Shown here: positions 18,076-27,601 of the stretch, in pieces | How the letters are laid out: each line of letters opens with the position of its first letter | Numbering within the stretch: the first letter of the stretch is position 1 | DNA from: Turneriella sp. | GTDB taxonomy: Bacteria > Spirochaetota > Leptospiria > Turneriellales > Turneriellaceae | Length of the DNA stretch: 64,000 nt | Assembly: GCA_965279515.1 (NCBI GenBank) | Contig: CBDIID010000003.1 | Location: forward strand, 1,728,001-1,792,000 | Reading direction: 5' to 3' | The notes under the pieces: generated by a model | What the model was told of the DNA's origin: nothing | What the model saw: the letters and a program-made list of their open reading frames with translations, nothing else | Databases searched by the model: none | Made by a program: the position numbers and the translations under genes

Positions 18076-19356
18076 TTACTCTCTCCAGTTGCCTTCAGAG
18101 GAACGGTCAGAGTATTTGAGCCAGACATCGTTCACACCCGCAGCGCGTTTCGCTTCGAGCAGTTTCTGATTCTGGCTGCCATTTTTTGGTACCGCAAACT
18201 GGTAGGCACCACCGGTCTCGTTGGCACAGATAGAAGCGCCTGAGGTCCATGCGCCCGCACTGTTGGAGATTCTCCACTGGCCGGCAGAATTGCTGCAGGC
18301 AAAACGATAGCTGTTAGCGCAGTTCGCGTCGTTCCAGCGGCCGTTAGACCATTGCATGGCACAATCTTCGTTTCCGCCCCAATCGTTCGGCTCACCCGCA
18401 TTCCATGAATAGACAGCTGCCGCAAGGCGACCGTCGGTCGGATTAATTTTATCCATACCCGGCAGGTTTACACCGCACTTGATCATCTCGGCCATATTCG
18501 CTGTCGTCGTGTGACCTGAGCCACCGCCAAACATCGCTGTCAGGTTGGTGCGGTCTTCATAGAAACGTACCATCTTGTTGCCAGTGTAACTATCTGCGCT
18601 CATCGTCGGCGATCCGCAGGTTGGGTAAGAAGAAAATTTCGAGATGTTTTCTTCGGGCACTGCATTGTTCTTCAGGTAAACCCAGCTTTGCCATTCGCCT
18701 GTGCCGCAACCGCCGCTCCAGAGAATGATATTTTTGCCGGCATTCAGAACCTGCTGGCGTGTCAGATTGACCGGAGCATCCTGGCAATTGCCGCCCGGGC
18801 GGTAGATCAGGTCACCGAGTTTTGATTTGATAGTATTCAGCGCCGACTGGTGGTTACCACTCAAGTGATCTTCAATATAGAGGATAACCACTTCAGAGCG
18901 GTTCGAACGGATAAAGCTGTTGAGCTCTGAAATACCGTCGTCGAGGTGCTTATCGTAAGAACTGCAACCCACGTGATTGCTCTGGCCGTGGCAAAGCAAC
19001 GGTCTCATACCCCATTCCCAGGGCCAGCCGTGCATGCTGAAATACCAGTGAACATCGAATTCGATGGCGCGGATGTCCATACGGAGCTGATCGTGGATCG
19101 AGAAATTGTGGTTGGGGTCCCAGTACGCAAACGCAGTCGTATAGACCGACGAGTTATAGGTATTATGGGAATGCAGAAATGTATTGTCTTTCAGGGGCAA
19201 ATTGGCTTCCAGGCCGCGTTGCTGACCCAAAGCTTTCTTTTCCCATGAGCGCTGGTAGATATCCACCGGCGTTTCTTTCGGCTTACTACTCGATGAGCTA
19301 TGCAGGGTAAAAACCGCTGCTGCCAGGGCGAGAGCAAATAATGCAACTCTTTTCAT
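18076..19356 (-). CDS. Secreted PI-PLC-like phosphodiesterase with C-type lectin domain
   Basis: Signal peptide; HSHNTYNS, DQLRMDIRAIEFDVH, LCHG, ILYIED (PLC-X); EPND...EDC...WND.C lectin motifs; SD GAAGGAG. Confidence 0.8.
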   Translation of the reverse strand: MKRVALFALALAAAVFTLHSSSSSKPKETPVDIYQRSWEKKALGQQRGLEANLPLKDNTFLHSHNTYNSSVYTTAFAYWDPNHNFSIHDQLRMDIRAIEFDVHWYFSMHGWPWEWGMRPLLCHGQSNHVGCSSYDKHLDDGISELNSFIRSNRSEVVILYIEDHLSGNHQSALNTIKSKLGDLIYRPGGNCQDAPVNLTRQQVLNAGKNIILWSGGCGTGEWQSWVYLKNNAVPEENISKFSSYPTCGSPTMSADSYTGNKMVRFYEDRTNLTAMFGGGSGHTTTANMAEMIKCGVNLPGMDKINPTDGRLAAAVYSWNAGEPNDWGGNEDCAMQWSNGRWNDANCANSYRFACSNSAGQWRISNSAGAWTSGASICANETGGAYQFAVPKNGSQNQKLLEAKRAAGVNDVWLKYSDRSSEGNWRE

Positions 19357-19829
19357 ATTGTTTTGTTTAACTCCTTCACACATTGTTTCGTCTTTGACAG
19401 ATGATCGGCCACGGGGCGAAAACCGGGCCAAAAAAACAGCGTTAAATACAAAAAAAATGAACATTCTCGCGAACTAATGTCATTAATTTAGTTTCGCCTC
19501 TGCGTTGAGAATAGTCAATAGAATCAATACTAAAGTGATGTTAATAGTTTCACTAATGACAAAAAGCAACGATTACAGTAGCTAAATTAATGCACACAGA
19601 GGAAAACGAACGTTCACCATCTTGCGAGCGGGTGATCCGCCTGCTTCAGGGCCCGAACCGCCTCAGCATAAAATTGCAATACAATATTTTCCGGCCCCGT
19701 GCGTCTGCATCATTATGCCCACCTCCCAAAAAATAATGGCTGGGTCATGGGATTTATGGTATATGGTATGCAGATTTCAGCGATACATGACGGACAGACG
19801 GCTGGCCGCATATATCACAGGAGAACATA

Positions 19830-20840
19830 ATGGCAATAGTAGACAGAATTAAATTCAACGGCGGTCCGGACGATATCGCCTGGAAATATCCCGATGAAGG
19901 CATCACCTGGGGTGCCCAGCTGATCGTCAACGAATCTCAGGAAGCAATCTTTTTTAAAGGCGGTCAGGTGCATGACCAGTTCTCAGCCGGCACCTATACG
20001 CTGAAATCCAACAATATTCCCCTCCTCGAAAAATTCGTCAACATGGCATTCGGCGGTGACACCCCGTTTGCAGCAGAAGTCTGGTTTATCTCCAAACAGA
20101 TCTTCCAGGGCATTGGCTGGGGCACAAAAACCCCCATCCAGGTCGAAGATCCGAAGTTCGGCATTCTGACCAACCTGCGCGCCTTCGGCGTCTATGGCAT
20201 CCGCGTCGCTGACGTGCGCACGTTTGTGCAACAGGTCATCGGTACGCAGGGTAAAACCACAACCGAAAGCATCCAGAACCTGATGCTCAGCAGCATCGTG
20301 TCTGATATTGAAGAGATGCTTTCACAGGTGGTGCACGAGCAGAACATCGACATCATTCGCATCAACACACAGCGCTCCAAAATCGAAGAAGCGTTCAAAC
20401 CGCTGCTGGCGAAAAAATTCGAGAAATTCGGCATCGCGATTGAACAATTCGAAATCGAATCGCTGAACATCCCGCAAGACGATCCGGGTTACCAGACCCT
20501 CGTTAAGGCGAAAGCCGAACGCGCAGCAAAAGTCGAGTCGGCGATGGGCGACAAGGCGCAGATGGATATTCTCGGCAATGCATACCAGCAGAAGCGTATG
20601 CTCGACATCGGCGAGGCATCCGCGAAGAACGAAGGCGGCGGCGGTATGATGAATGCCGGCATGGGCATGGGCATGGGTCAGGCCATGGGCCAGATGATGA
20701 GCGGCATGGGCCAGCAGGGCGGCGGCAACGCTGACGATCCCACTGTGAAAATCCAGAAGCTCAAGGGCATGCTCGATTCAGGCCTCATCACGCAAGACGA
20801 GTTCAACGCCAAAAAAGCGAAGATCCTCGAATCCATGTAA
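19830..20840 (+). CDS. SPFH/band-7 (YdjI-like) protein with C-terminal SHOCT domain
   Basis: GAQLIVNESQEAIFFKGG, PFAAEVWFI, WGTKTPI, LRAFG; KLKGMLDSGLITQDEFNAKKAKIL; SD AGGAG. Confidence 0.88.
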   Translation: MAIVDRIKFNGGPDDIAWKYPDEGITWGAQLIVNESQEAIFFKGGQVHDQFSAGTYTLKSNNIPLLEKFVNMAFGGDTPFAAEVWFISKQIFQGIGWGTKTPIQVEDPKFGILTNLRAFGVYGIRVADVRTFVQQVIGTQGKTTTESIQNLMLSSIVSDIEEMLSQVVHEQNIDIIRINTQRSKIEEAFKPLLAKKFEKFGIAIEQFEIESLNIPQDDPGYQTLVKAKAERAAKVESAMGDKAQMDILGNAYQQKRMLDIGEASAKNEGGGGMMNAGMGMGMGQAMGQMMSGMGQQGGGNADDPTVKIQKLKGMLDSGLITQDEFNAKKAKILESM

Positions 20841-20843
20841 TCG

Positions 20844-21917
20844 TTGCTTTTCTTAGGCAAAAACATCCAGGGGTCGGGTAAGGGTTCGAAAAAACTCCTT
20901 ACGCCGGCCCGCGTCATTCAGGAAACCAATAAGGCGATCGCCGAGATTCTGCGCGGGGATATCCCTAAGCGCACGGATGCGCCGGCAGGTCGCGGCCACG
21001 GAGGGCCTCGAAGCGACCTGAAAATCCTGCGCAAGATCGCTGCTTATGTCGTCGAGTCGGGGGGCAAACGCATCCGGCCGCTCTTCCTGTATTATTTAGG
21101 TAAGGCGCACCACCATGACGGTACAGAACTCATTCGCCTCGGTGCGCTGCTCGAGATCGTTCACGCAGCCAGCCTTTTGCACGATGACGTCATCGACCGC
21201 GCAGACGAGCGGCGCAGCCGGCCCACAGGAGCCAAGCTCTTCGGCAATAAAGAGGTCGTGCTGGGTGGCGATCATTTATTGTCTTCAGGGCTCAGGTATC
21301 TTAACGCGATGGGAAATCCCCGTTATATGGAAGTTTTCACCGACGCGATTCAGGCCCTGTCTGAGGCGGAGCTTTTGCAGATGCAGCACCACTTTGACCT
21401 CAAAACCGATCTGAAAATACATGCGCGCATCGTCGACGGCAAGACAGCGGTGCTGTTTCGGGCGGCCGGCGCCCTGGTAGCCCTCATGCAAAACGCTGAT
21501 GGGGATTATTACCGTTCTGAACCTGCCCTGTTAGGGGAACTTTTTGGTCGTTATTTTCAGCACCGCGACGACTACCTGGACTATTTCGACGCCGCCCGCC
21601 TGCGAAAAAAAGGCTTACAGGACTTCGCCAACGGCATCGTCACCCGCCCCCTCGCCTATCTGCTGAAGGCTGCAGAGCGGCACGAGACCACGCTGCTGCG
21701 TAAAGAGTGGGATTACTCCCGTGCCAACGGCCGGGTACGCGCAGAGGGTGAAATTCTGCAGCTGATGCAGAAACACCGGATCGAAGCAAAATGCCTTGAA
21801 CTTTTGTACGCCGACGAAAGCCAGATTTTGGCCGCCCTGACGGTCTTGCCGGCCAAAGAGCCCGGTGAGATCATCGCACGGGAGTTTCAAAAAATTCTTG
21901 CCGTGCGCGCTGCCTAA
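20844..21917 (+). CDS. Polyprenyl diphosphate synthase (IspB/HepT-like) with a 19-codon palindromic insertion
   Basis: GGKRIRP, ASLLHDDVID..ERR, GKTAVLF, FQHRDDYLD; start codon uncertain. Confidence 0.9.
   Translation: MLFLGKNIQGSGKGSKKLLTPARVIQETNKAIAEILRGDIPKRTDAPAGRGHGGPRSDLKILRKIAAYVVESGGKRIRPLFLYYLGKAHHHDGTELIRLGALLEIVHAASLLHDDVIDRADERRSRPTGAKLFGNKEVVLGGDHLLSSGLRYLNAMGNPRYMEVFTDAIQALSEAELLQMQHHFDLKTDLKIHARIVDGKTAVLFRAAGALVALMQNADGDYYRSEPALLGELFGRYFQHRDDYLDYFDAARLRKKGLQDFANGIVTRPLAYLLKAAERHETTLLRKEWDYSRANGRVRAEGEILQLMQKHRIEAKCLELLYADESQILAALTVLPAKEPGEIIAREFQKILAVRAA
20956..21020 (+). repeat. Intragenic nested-palindrome element, copy A
   Basis: GGGATATCCC; GCGC-ACGGAT-GCGC; CAGGTCGC-[GGCC-ACGGAG-GGCC]-TCGAA-GCGACCTG; encodes IPKRTDAPAGRGHGGPRSD. 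Confidence 0.75.
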
Positions 21918-21950
21918 ATTGCTGTAACTGAATTCTTCAAGGGGACTACT

Positions 21951-22457
21951 ATGAAAAAAATAGCATTAATACTGGCGCTGGTTTCTGCCGCGAGCCTCGC
22001 AGCCAAAGATAAGAAAGAGAATATCGCAGACCTCAAATCGGCTGACGACGCAGTGGCGATCAAAGCCGCTCAGGAACTCGGCGCTGACAGTGTCAAAGAC
22101 GCAATCGAGCCACTCGGCGAAGTCATCAAAAGCAACCGCTCTGCAGGCGTACGCATTGCCGCAGCTTCGGCGCTGGGCCGTATCGGCGAAAAAGGCCGTT
22201 CGACCACGATTCTCAAAGAATCGATCGAAGTGGGCCAGGATAACCACGTTGTTTATACTGAACTGCTCGCCCTCATGAACATCGCGGACCTTGAAAACCC
22301 CGACCTCACCAAGGCGGTAGAATTCTGCGAGAACAACAAAAAGTCAGATATCTACATCACCGACATACTGACGCGTATCCGTAAAAAATTCCCGCAGAAG
22401 AAAGAAGAGAAAAAAGAAGAAAAACCCGCCGACAAACCTGCGGACGCCCCGAAATAA
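21951..22457 (+). CDS. Exported HEAT-repeat protein
   Basis: Signal peptide; AIKAAQELG, VRIAAASALGRIG; SD AAGGGG. Confidence 0.8.
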   Translation: MKKIALILALVSAASLAAKDKKENIADLKSADDAVAIKAAQELGADSVKDAIEPLGEVIKSNRSAGVRIAAASALGRIGEKGRSTTILKESIEVGQDNHVVYTELLALMNIADLENPDLTKAVEFCENNKKSDIYITDILTRIRKKFPQKKEEKKEEKPADKPADAPK

Positions 22458-22460
22458 TTC

Positions 22461-23459
22461 GTGGTTGATTTGGAAAAATGGGGGAAGCTCTCGCTTCCCC
22501 TTTTTTTTTGCCTCGGCGTAACTTCAGCCACCCTCGCCGAAGACGGCCATGGTTGTCAGTTCTCTCTAAAAGCAGAAGTTCCGAAAAATATTAAGTTCAC
22601 AGTTCAATCGGGCCGCATTGCTTTTCTCTGCAAAGACGAGGCATTTTTCTTGCGAGGTACCGTCACGCGCACCCTACCCTGGCAACTAACCGGGAAAATT
22701 TTTGAAACAATGGCCGAACGCCTGAAGGCCGAAACGCTGGAGAAATGGCCGTCGGGGCGCCTCTACAAAATCAGTGCCGATAAAAAAAGCGATCAGAAGG
22801 CATTGATCTGCGGTTACCACACACGCGACCAGTATTCGATCGATCTTTGCTCCCCCGAGGTTGGCAACAGAAAGTCGCAGACTACAGAGCTGGTCGGTGG
22901 TATTCTGAAAGAATTCAAAACCGTCCCGCTCGACATGGCGCCGCTCCTTAAATCGGCGGCTCTCTTCGCCGAAAAAAAAGTTTTCACGGAAGAGAATGAA
23001 ACACGCGAGCCTGCCCTGCTCGCCCTGACCATGCCACCGGGTTATGTCGAAGTCACGCGCCGCGAAAACCGGGCGCTCTTTACCGACGCAGCCGGCCTTG
23101 CCGAAATGGAAATTTTCTACGAAATTTCTGAATTGCCGCTCGACTCCGATCTCGCGCACAAGGTGTACCGCAAATCGATTGCTGCTTTTCTCGCGAAACA
23201 GGGACCATGGCGCCCCGATAGGGAAGAGACGAACAAGGCCGGAGATACGACTTGCCTGCTTTTCACCGACAACGATAAACGCCTGAGCCATTATTGTTAC
23301 AGTGTTGCGCAAATCACGCAGGCCGGTAAAAAACGCTACTGCCGCATCGCCTTCGTTATCGCTTACCTGGGCGAAGCCGTTGACCGCACCCGCCTGCTTA
23401 CAGACCAGCAAGCGCTTATCAATAACTGGGCGAATATTCTTCGCAGGCATTCAAACTAG
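22461..23459 (+). CDS. Exported hypothetical protein
   Basis: 332 aa ORF with signal-like N-terminus filling the gap between co-directional genes. Confidence 0.6.
   Translation: MVDLEKWGKLSLPLFFCLGVTSATLAEDGHGCQFSLKAEVPKNIKFTVQSGRIAFLCKDEAFFLRGTVTRTLPWQLTGKIFETMAERLKAETLEKWPSGRLYKISADKKSDQKALICGYHTRDQYSIDLCSPEVGNRKSQTTELVGGILKEFKTVPLDMAPLLKSAALFAEKKVFTEENETREPALLALTMPPGYVEVTRRENRALFTDAAGLAEMEIFYEISELPLDSDLAHKVYRKSIAAFLAKQGPWRPDREETNKAGDTTCLLFTDNDKRLSHYCYSVAQITQAGKKRYCRIAFVIAYLGEAVDRTRLLTDQQALINNWANILRRHSN
22481..22509 (+). terminator. Intrinsic terminator after the HEAT gene, inside the 5' end of the next ORF
   Basis: GGGGAAGC-TCTC-GCTTCCCC followed by T9. Confidence 0.85.
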
Positions 23460-23460
23460 T

Positions 23461-24183
23461 TTGTCCGCTTTTTCAAAAAACGAAATCGAACGTTACAGCA
23501 GGCAGATCTTGCTGCGCGGCATCACAGCGCAGCAGAAACTCAAAGACACGCATGCCTTAGTAGTGGGCGCGGGCGGTCTGGGCTCTGCGATTCTGCCCCT
23601 GATTGCCGCCTCAGGCATCGGCAAAATCGAAATTTTTGACGCCGATAGAGTCGAGCAGAGTAATTTAGGCAGGCAGTGGATTTACCGCGAAGGTGATATC
23701 GGCAAAAACAAGGCGTCTGCGGCGGCAGCTTTTCTCCAGGCGCTGAATCCGCATATCGAGGTTATTGCCCGCGAACAAAAATTCGACGCCGCAGATGCCG
23801 GGTGCGTCGCCGCTGCGGATGTCATTTTTGAAGGCAGCGACAGCCTAAAGGCAAAATTCCTGCTGAACGACCTGGCAGTTGCACACAAAAAACCCGCTTT
23901 TATCGCCGCCCTCGGTGCCGCACAAGGCCATGCGATGCTCGTCGGCCGCAGCGCATGCTACCGCTGTGTGTTCGATGAAATGGATGATAACGAGCTGCCG
24001 AATTGTGCCACTGAGGGTATCCTCAGCACATTCCCTGCCGTCGTCGGCGCCAGCGTTGCACACGCGGCTGTCGAATACCTGCTTTCCGGAAGCAGCGAAA
24101 GCATATTCTGGGTATTTGAGAAAAATCATTGCCGCAAGGTGGCGGTCAGAAAAAGACACGACTGCAAAAACCACGCTTCATGA
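23461..24183 (+). CDS. HesA/MoeB/ThiF family adenylyltransferase
   Basis: ERYSRQI, VVGAGGLGS, D.D.VEQSNLGRQ, CYRC, CATEG; TTG start inferred. Confidence 0.92.
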   Translation: MSAFSKNEIERYSRQILLRGITAQQKLKDTHALVVGAGGLGSAILPLIAASGIGKIEIFDADRVEQSNLGRQWIYREGDIGKNKASAAAAFLQALNPHIEVIAREQKFDAADAGCVAAADVIFEGSDSLKAKFLLNDLAVAHKKPAFIAALGAAQGHAMLVGRSACYRCVFDEMDDNELPNCATEGILSTFPAVVGASVAHAAVEYLLSGSSESIFWVFEKNHCRKVAVRKRHDCKNHAS

Positions 24184-25076
24184 AACCGAAACACAAAAAA
24201 AGAAAAAAGCCGGTTGCAAAACGCAAGGCTGTGAAACCACGGCGGGGCACTTATGCGCTGGCGCTTTCGGGTGGTGCCGCGCTTGGCGCTTATCAGGCCG
24301 GGGCAATCCGCGCGTTTTTTGAAGCTGGTCTCAATATCCGTTCCGTGGCCGGCAGCTCTGTAGGCGCCCTGAACGGCTATTTAACCGCCACCGGTGAAAT
24401 CGACGAAATGCTGTCTTTCTGGCAGAACATCGACCAGAAGAAGCTCATCACCATCAACTCCTTCACGAAATTATTTTTTTCAGCCATGCCATCGCTGCTC
24501 ACGGACGAAATGCAGCGCCGACTCGTCGAAAAGCACGCCCGCGTCGAAAACCTCGTGCGCGCTAAACGCGAATTTATCTGTTCGGCGATCAGCATCAATA
24601 GCGGAAAATTATTTTTTTTCGAGGGTAATAAGGCGAAGAGTGACAAAGAGCTGCAGGATTACATTCTCGCCTCTGCAGCGGTTCCCGGCGTGTTTCCGCC
24701 GGTGCAGATCGGCCATGAACTCTTCATGGACGGGGGCCTGATACGCAATACGCCGATCGAAGCCCTGTACCGCAAGAACGTGGACGCCGTGATCGGCATC
24801 AGTATGGAGCCAGAGACATATCCCGAAGAGCCGCTGAAGAACACCGGCCAGATTGCGCTGCGCACGCTGAGCATTTTTTTCCGCGCGCAGGCATCCGACG
24901 CCGTCGACCGCGCGCTGCTTTCGCGCAGGCGCAAGGCAAAAAAAATCCTGCTGCTGCGCCCCCAATACCCTCTCGAGATGCAGCAATACGAATTCGATCC
25001 GAAAAAAATAGCCCTGTTGCTGAGCCAGGGTTATGCTGAAGCGCGCGAATTTATCCGCAAGAATAAACTGAGGTAA
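24180..25076 (+). CDS. Patatin-like phospholipase
   Basis: LSGGAALGAYQAG, GSSVG, ASAAVPGVFPPV, DGG. Confidence 0.93.
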   Translation: MKPKHKKRKKPVAKRKAVKPRRGTYALALSGGAALGAYQAGAIRAFFEAGLNIRSVAGSSVGALNGYLTATGEIDEMLSFWQNIDQKKLITINSFTKLFFSAMPSLLTDEMQRRLVEKHARVENLVRAKREFICSAISINSGKLFFFEGNKAKSDKELQDYILASAAVPGVFPPVQIGHELFMDGGLIRNTPIEALYRKNVDAVIGISMEPETYPEEPLKNTGQIALRTLSIFFRAQASDAVDRALLSRRRKAKKILLLRPQYPLEMQQYEFDPKKIALLLSQGYAEAREFIRKNKLR

Positions 25077-25077
25077 A

Positions 25078-26049
25078 ATGATCGACCTGCACCACCACTT
25101 CGACGGAGCCTTCGATATCGACGCCCTCTATGCCGAGGCTAAACGCCGCAATTTGCCGCAGGGCAAACTTTCTGCCGCAGAATTTCATGCAAAATGCCAG
25201 GTTCCGCAGGATTGCCGCACGCTCACGGAGTTTCTCGCCGTTTTTGATTTTTTTTACGATATCGCACAGGACATGGATTTCCTGCACACGGAAGCCAAAA
25301 AACTGCCGACGCGCATGGCAGATGCCGGGGTTATCTATCTTGAAACGCGCTTTGCCCCCCATCTTTTTACCGGTACGCATTATGCTGCAGCAGATATTGT
25401 GGAAAGTGTGGTTTCCGGGCTCGAAACAGGCAAAGGGACTCCGGTGCGGCTGATTCTCTGCGCCATGCGGAATGCGCCGATCGAACACGTGCAAGAGCTC
25501 ACCACCCTCTACCAGAAATTTGCCCAACGCGGCGTCTGCGGCATCGATCTGGCGGGCGATGAATCGCGCTATGCCTGCCGCGAGTATGCGCCGGTTTTTA
25601 AGCGTGCTCACGAAACCGGCATACCAATCACCATCCATGCGGGTGAGGCCTCGGGCCCGCAATCGGTCTATGACGCGCTGGATCTCTTCAAGGCACAGCG
25701 CATCGGGCATGGCATACAGTCGATCCAGGACGCGGCGCTGGTGCGGCGTCTCGCTGAAGAAAAGATCGGCCTTGAGGTATGCCTGACCAGCAACCTGCAG
25801 ACAGGTAATGCGCCCTCATACCAGGAGCATCCGTTTTTGCGCCTGAAAAATGCAGGCATACTCGTGACGCTCAACACCGACGACCCAACGGTTTCGGGCA
25901 TCGACCTTCAGCATGAATGGCAAAAGGCCATGGCAGAATATGGTTTTTCGCAGGCAGAAAAAAAAGCGCTGCTCAGAAACTCTGTTGACGTTGCTTTTTG
26001 CAGCGAAACCCTGAAGGAAAAATTACGCAAACAGATCGAAGCGGCTTGA
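25078..26049 (+). CDS. add: Adenosine deaminase
   Basis: DLHHHFDG, YLETRFAP, GIDLAGDE, IHAGE, RIGHG, NTDDP. Confidence 0.93.
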   Translation: MIDLHHHFDGAFDIDALYAEAKRRNLPQGKLSAAEFHAKCQVPQDCRTLTEFLAVFDFFYDIAQDMDFLHTEAKKLPTRMADAGVIYLETRFAPHLFTGTHYAAADIVESVVSGLETGKGTPVRLILCAMRNAPIEHVQELTTLYQKFAQRGVCGIDLAGDESRYACREYAPVFKRAHETGIPITIHAGEASGPQSVYDALDLFKAQRIGHGIQSIQDAALVRRLAEEKIGLEVCLTSNLQTGNAPSYQEHPFLRLKNAGILVTLNTDDPTVSGIDLQHEWQKAMAEYGFSQAEKKALLRNSVDVAFCSETLKEKLRKQIEAA

Positions 26050-26095
26050 CGGGGCCCGATCTTTGCCGGCTTAAGCTAATTACCGATAATCAACT

Positions 26096-26953
26096 ATGAA
26101 ATTCAGCGTAGCCACATGGAATTGTTTTGGTATGGGGCAGACCGTACTCGACGTCATCGCGCACCTTGCCCCCTTCCGTAAGCGTTATCTCAATCCGGAA
26201 CTTATCGAAGAGTGCGGCGATGCGAATGTTCTCTGTCTCCAGGAAATTTTATCAGGCGATTCGCAGCGGTTCTTCGATTCCCTGGTGAGAAAATATTTTC
26301 CATTCGCCATACGCGATAACAACAGATTCAAACTGATATCGTTGCGGGGCAGCGGCCTGGGTGTCGGTACCCGCATCAAACAATCGGTGGCAAAATTTCT
26401 TCCGTTTCAAAGCCGCGGCATCAGCTGGGACCGCTATGCACGCAAGGGTGCACTTTACACACAGCTCGAATTTGAAGGCCGAACCATCGACCTCATCACG
26501 GCGCATCTGCAGGCCGGCTATTCCGCCGAGTCGAGCCGGGTGCGCGCACAGCAGCTCAATGAGCTCAAAAACTGGGTAGCAGAGCTCGGCGCACCAGATC
26601 GGCACTTTATCGTCTGCGGTGATTTTAATATCCAGGGGCTCGCCGGGGCACGCGACGCGGGTGAGTACAAAACCCTGACCACGATGCTCGACGGCTTCAC
26701 CGACCTCGGTGCCGAAAGCGATCTCGCCACCTACCATCCGCATCCCGAGGGAAATCCGCTTGCGCATGCTTTTGAGAAAGAGACGACGGCGCAGCGCATC
26801 GACTATATCTTCGTACGCCCTGCTGTGCGGGCCGCAGAGATTGTCTGCTCAGGGTTCAAACGTTTTTTCGACAAACCCGTGGCAAGCCTCGGCCAGGGCA
26901 TCTCGAGCTGGGCCTCGGACCACTACGGCCTGAAGGCCACGTTCGAAATTTAG
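26096..26953 (+). CDS. Endonuclease/exonuclease/phosphatase family protein (sphingomyelinase-like)
   Basis: ATWN, LCLQE, GSGL, KGALY, AHLQA, GDFN, RIDYIF, SDHYG. Confidence 0.88.
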   Translation: MKFSVATWNCFGMGQTVLDVIAHLAPFRKRYLNPELIEECGDANVLCLQEILSGDSQRFFDSLVRKYFPFAIRDNNRFKLISLRGSGLGVGTRIKQSVAKFLPFQSRGISWDRYARKGALYTQLEFEGRTIDLITAHLQAGYSAESSRVRAQQLNELKNWVAELGAPDRHFIVCGDFNIQGLAGARDAGEYKTLTTMLDGFTDLGAESDLATYHPHPEGNPLAHAFEKETTAQRIDYIFVRPAVRAAEIVCSGFKRFFDKPVASLGQGISSWASDHYGLKATFEI

Positions 26954-26970
26954 CGGCGATCTACGGGGGA

Positions 26971-27543
26971 ATGACGCAAAAAACGCTGTGGTTCATCGCG
27001 ATCATTCCGCCCGATGACGTTGCGGAAAAAGTTCGCGCCATCCAACAGGAAATTGCCGGGCGCTTTGGCCCCCGCAGCAGTCTTAAGATTCCCGTTCATA
27101 TCACCCTCGAACCTCCCTTCCGTTTGCATGATGCCGAAGAGCCGCAGTTGGATATATTGCTGCGGAATTTTTTTGCAACGAAAGAAGAATTTTCACTCGA
27201 GCTCAGGAACTTCGGCTCTTTCAGGGAGAATGTCGTTTTTATCGAAGTGACGCCATCGCTGCCGCTTTTGGAAATGCACGATCAATTGTCCGAGCTGCTG
27301 CGCGGCCCTGCCGCCATTGTTAAGGCTGCCCCCTGGCATGGCGGATACACACCACACATGACCGTCGCGAACCGCGACGTCACTCCCGAAGCCCATGAAC
27401 GTATCTGGCGGGAATTTAACACGCGCAAATTTTATGCCGCCTTTCCGGTACAGGAGGTGGCGTTGTTGCGTCACCATCCTGAGGAAAAACTGTGGCAGGT
27501 ACACCGGCGTTTTTTACTGCTAAAACCGGCAACTGCTGAATAG
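26971..27543 (+). CDS. 2H phosphoesterase (2'-5' RNA ligase family)
   Basis: Two HxT motifs: VHITL and PHMTVA. Confidence 0.9.
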   Translation: MTQKTLWFIAIIPPDDVAEKVRAIQQEIAGRFGPRSSLKIPVHITLEPPFRLHDAEEPQLDILLRNFFATKEEFSLELRNFGSFRENVVFIEVTPSLPLLEMHDQLSELLRGPAAIVKAAPWHGGYTPHMTVANRDVTPEAHERIWREFNTRKFYAAFPVQEVALLRHHPEEKLWQVHRRFLLLKPATAE

Positions 27544-27601
27544 CCGCAACAGTAACCGGTAATTTCCGTTGACGCCCGGATTTCAACGGCGACAGAGCGG
27601 C

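Noticed and set aside
20640..20730. GGCATG tandem repeats
   Set aside because: Encode the GMGMG low-complexity linker typical of this SPFH family.
26060..26090. ACCGATAA as a second sigma-28 -10 box
   Set aside because: No TAAA-like -35 at 15 nt spacing.
23461..27543. ThiF + patatin + adenosine deaminase + EEP + 2H phosphoesterase as a CBASS- or RADAR-like defence island
   Set aside because: No CD-NTase, E2/JAB or RdrA-type ATPase is present; each gene has the length and motifs of its ordinary metabolic family.
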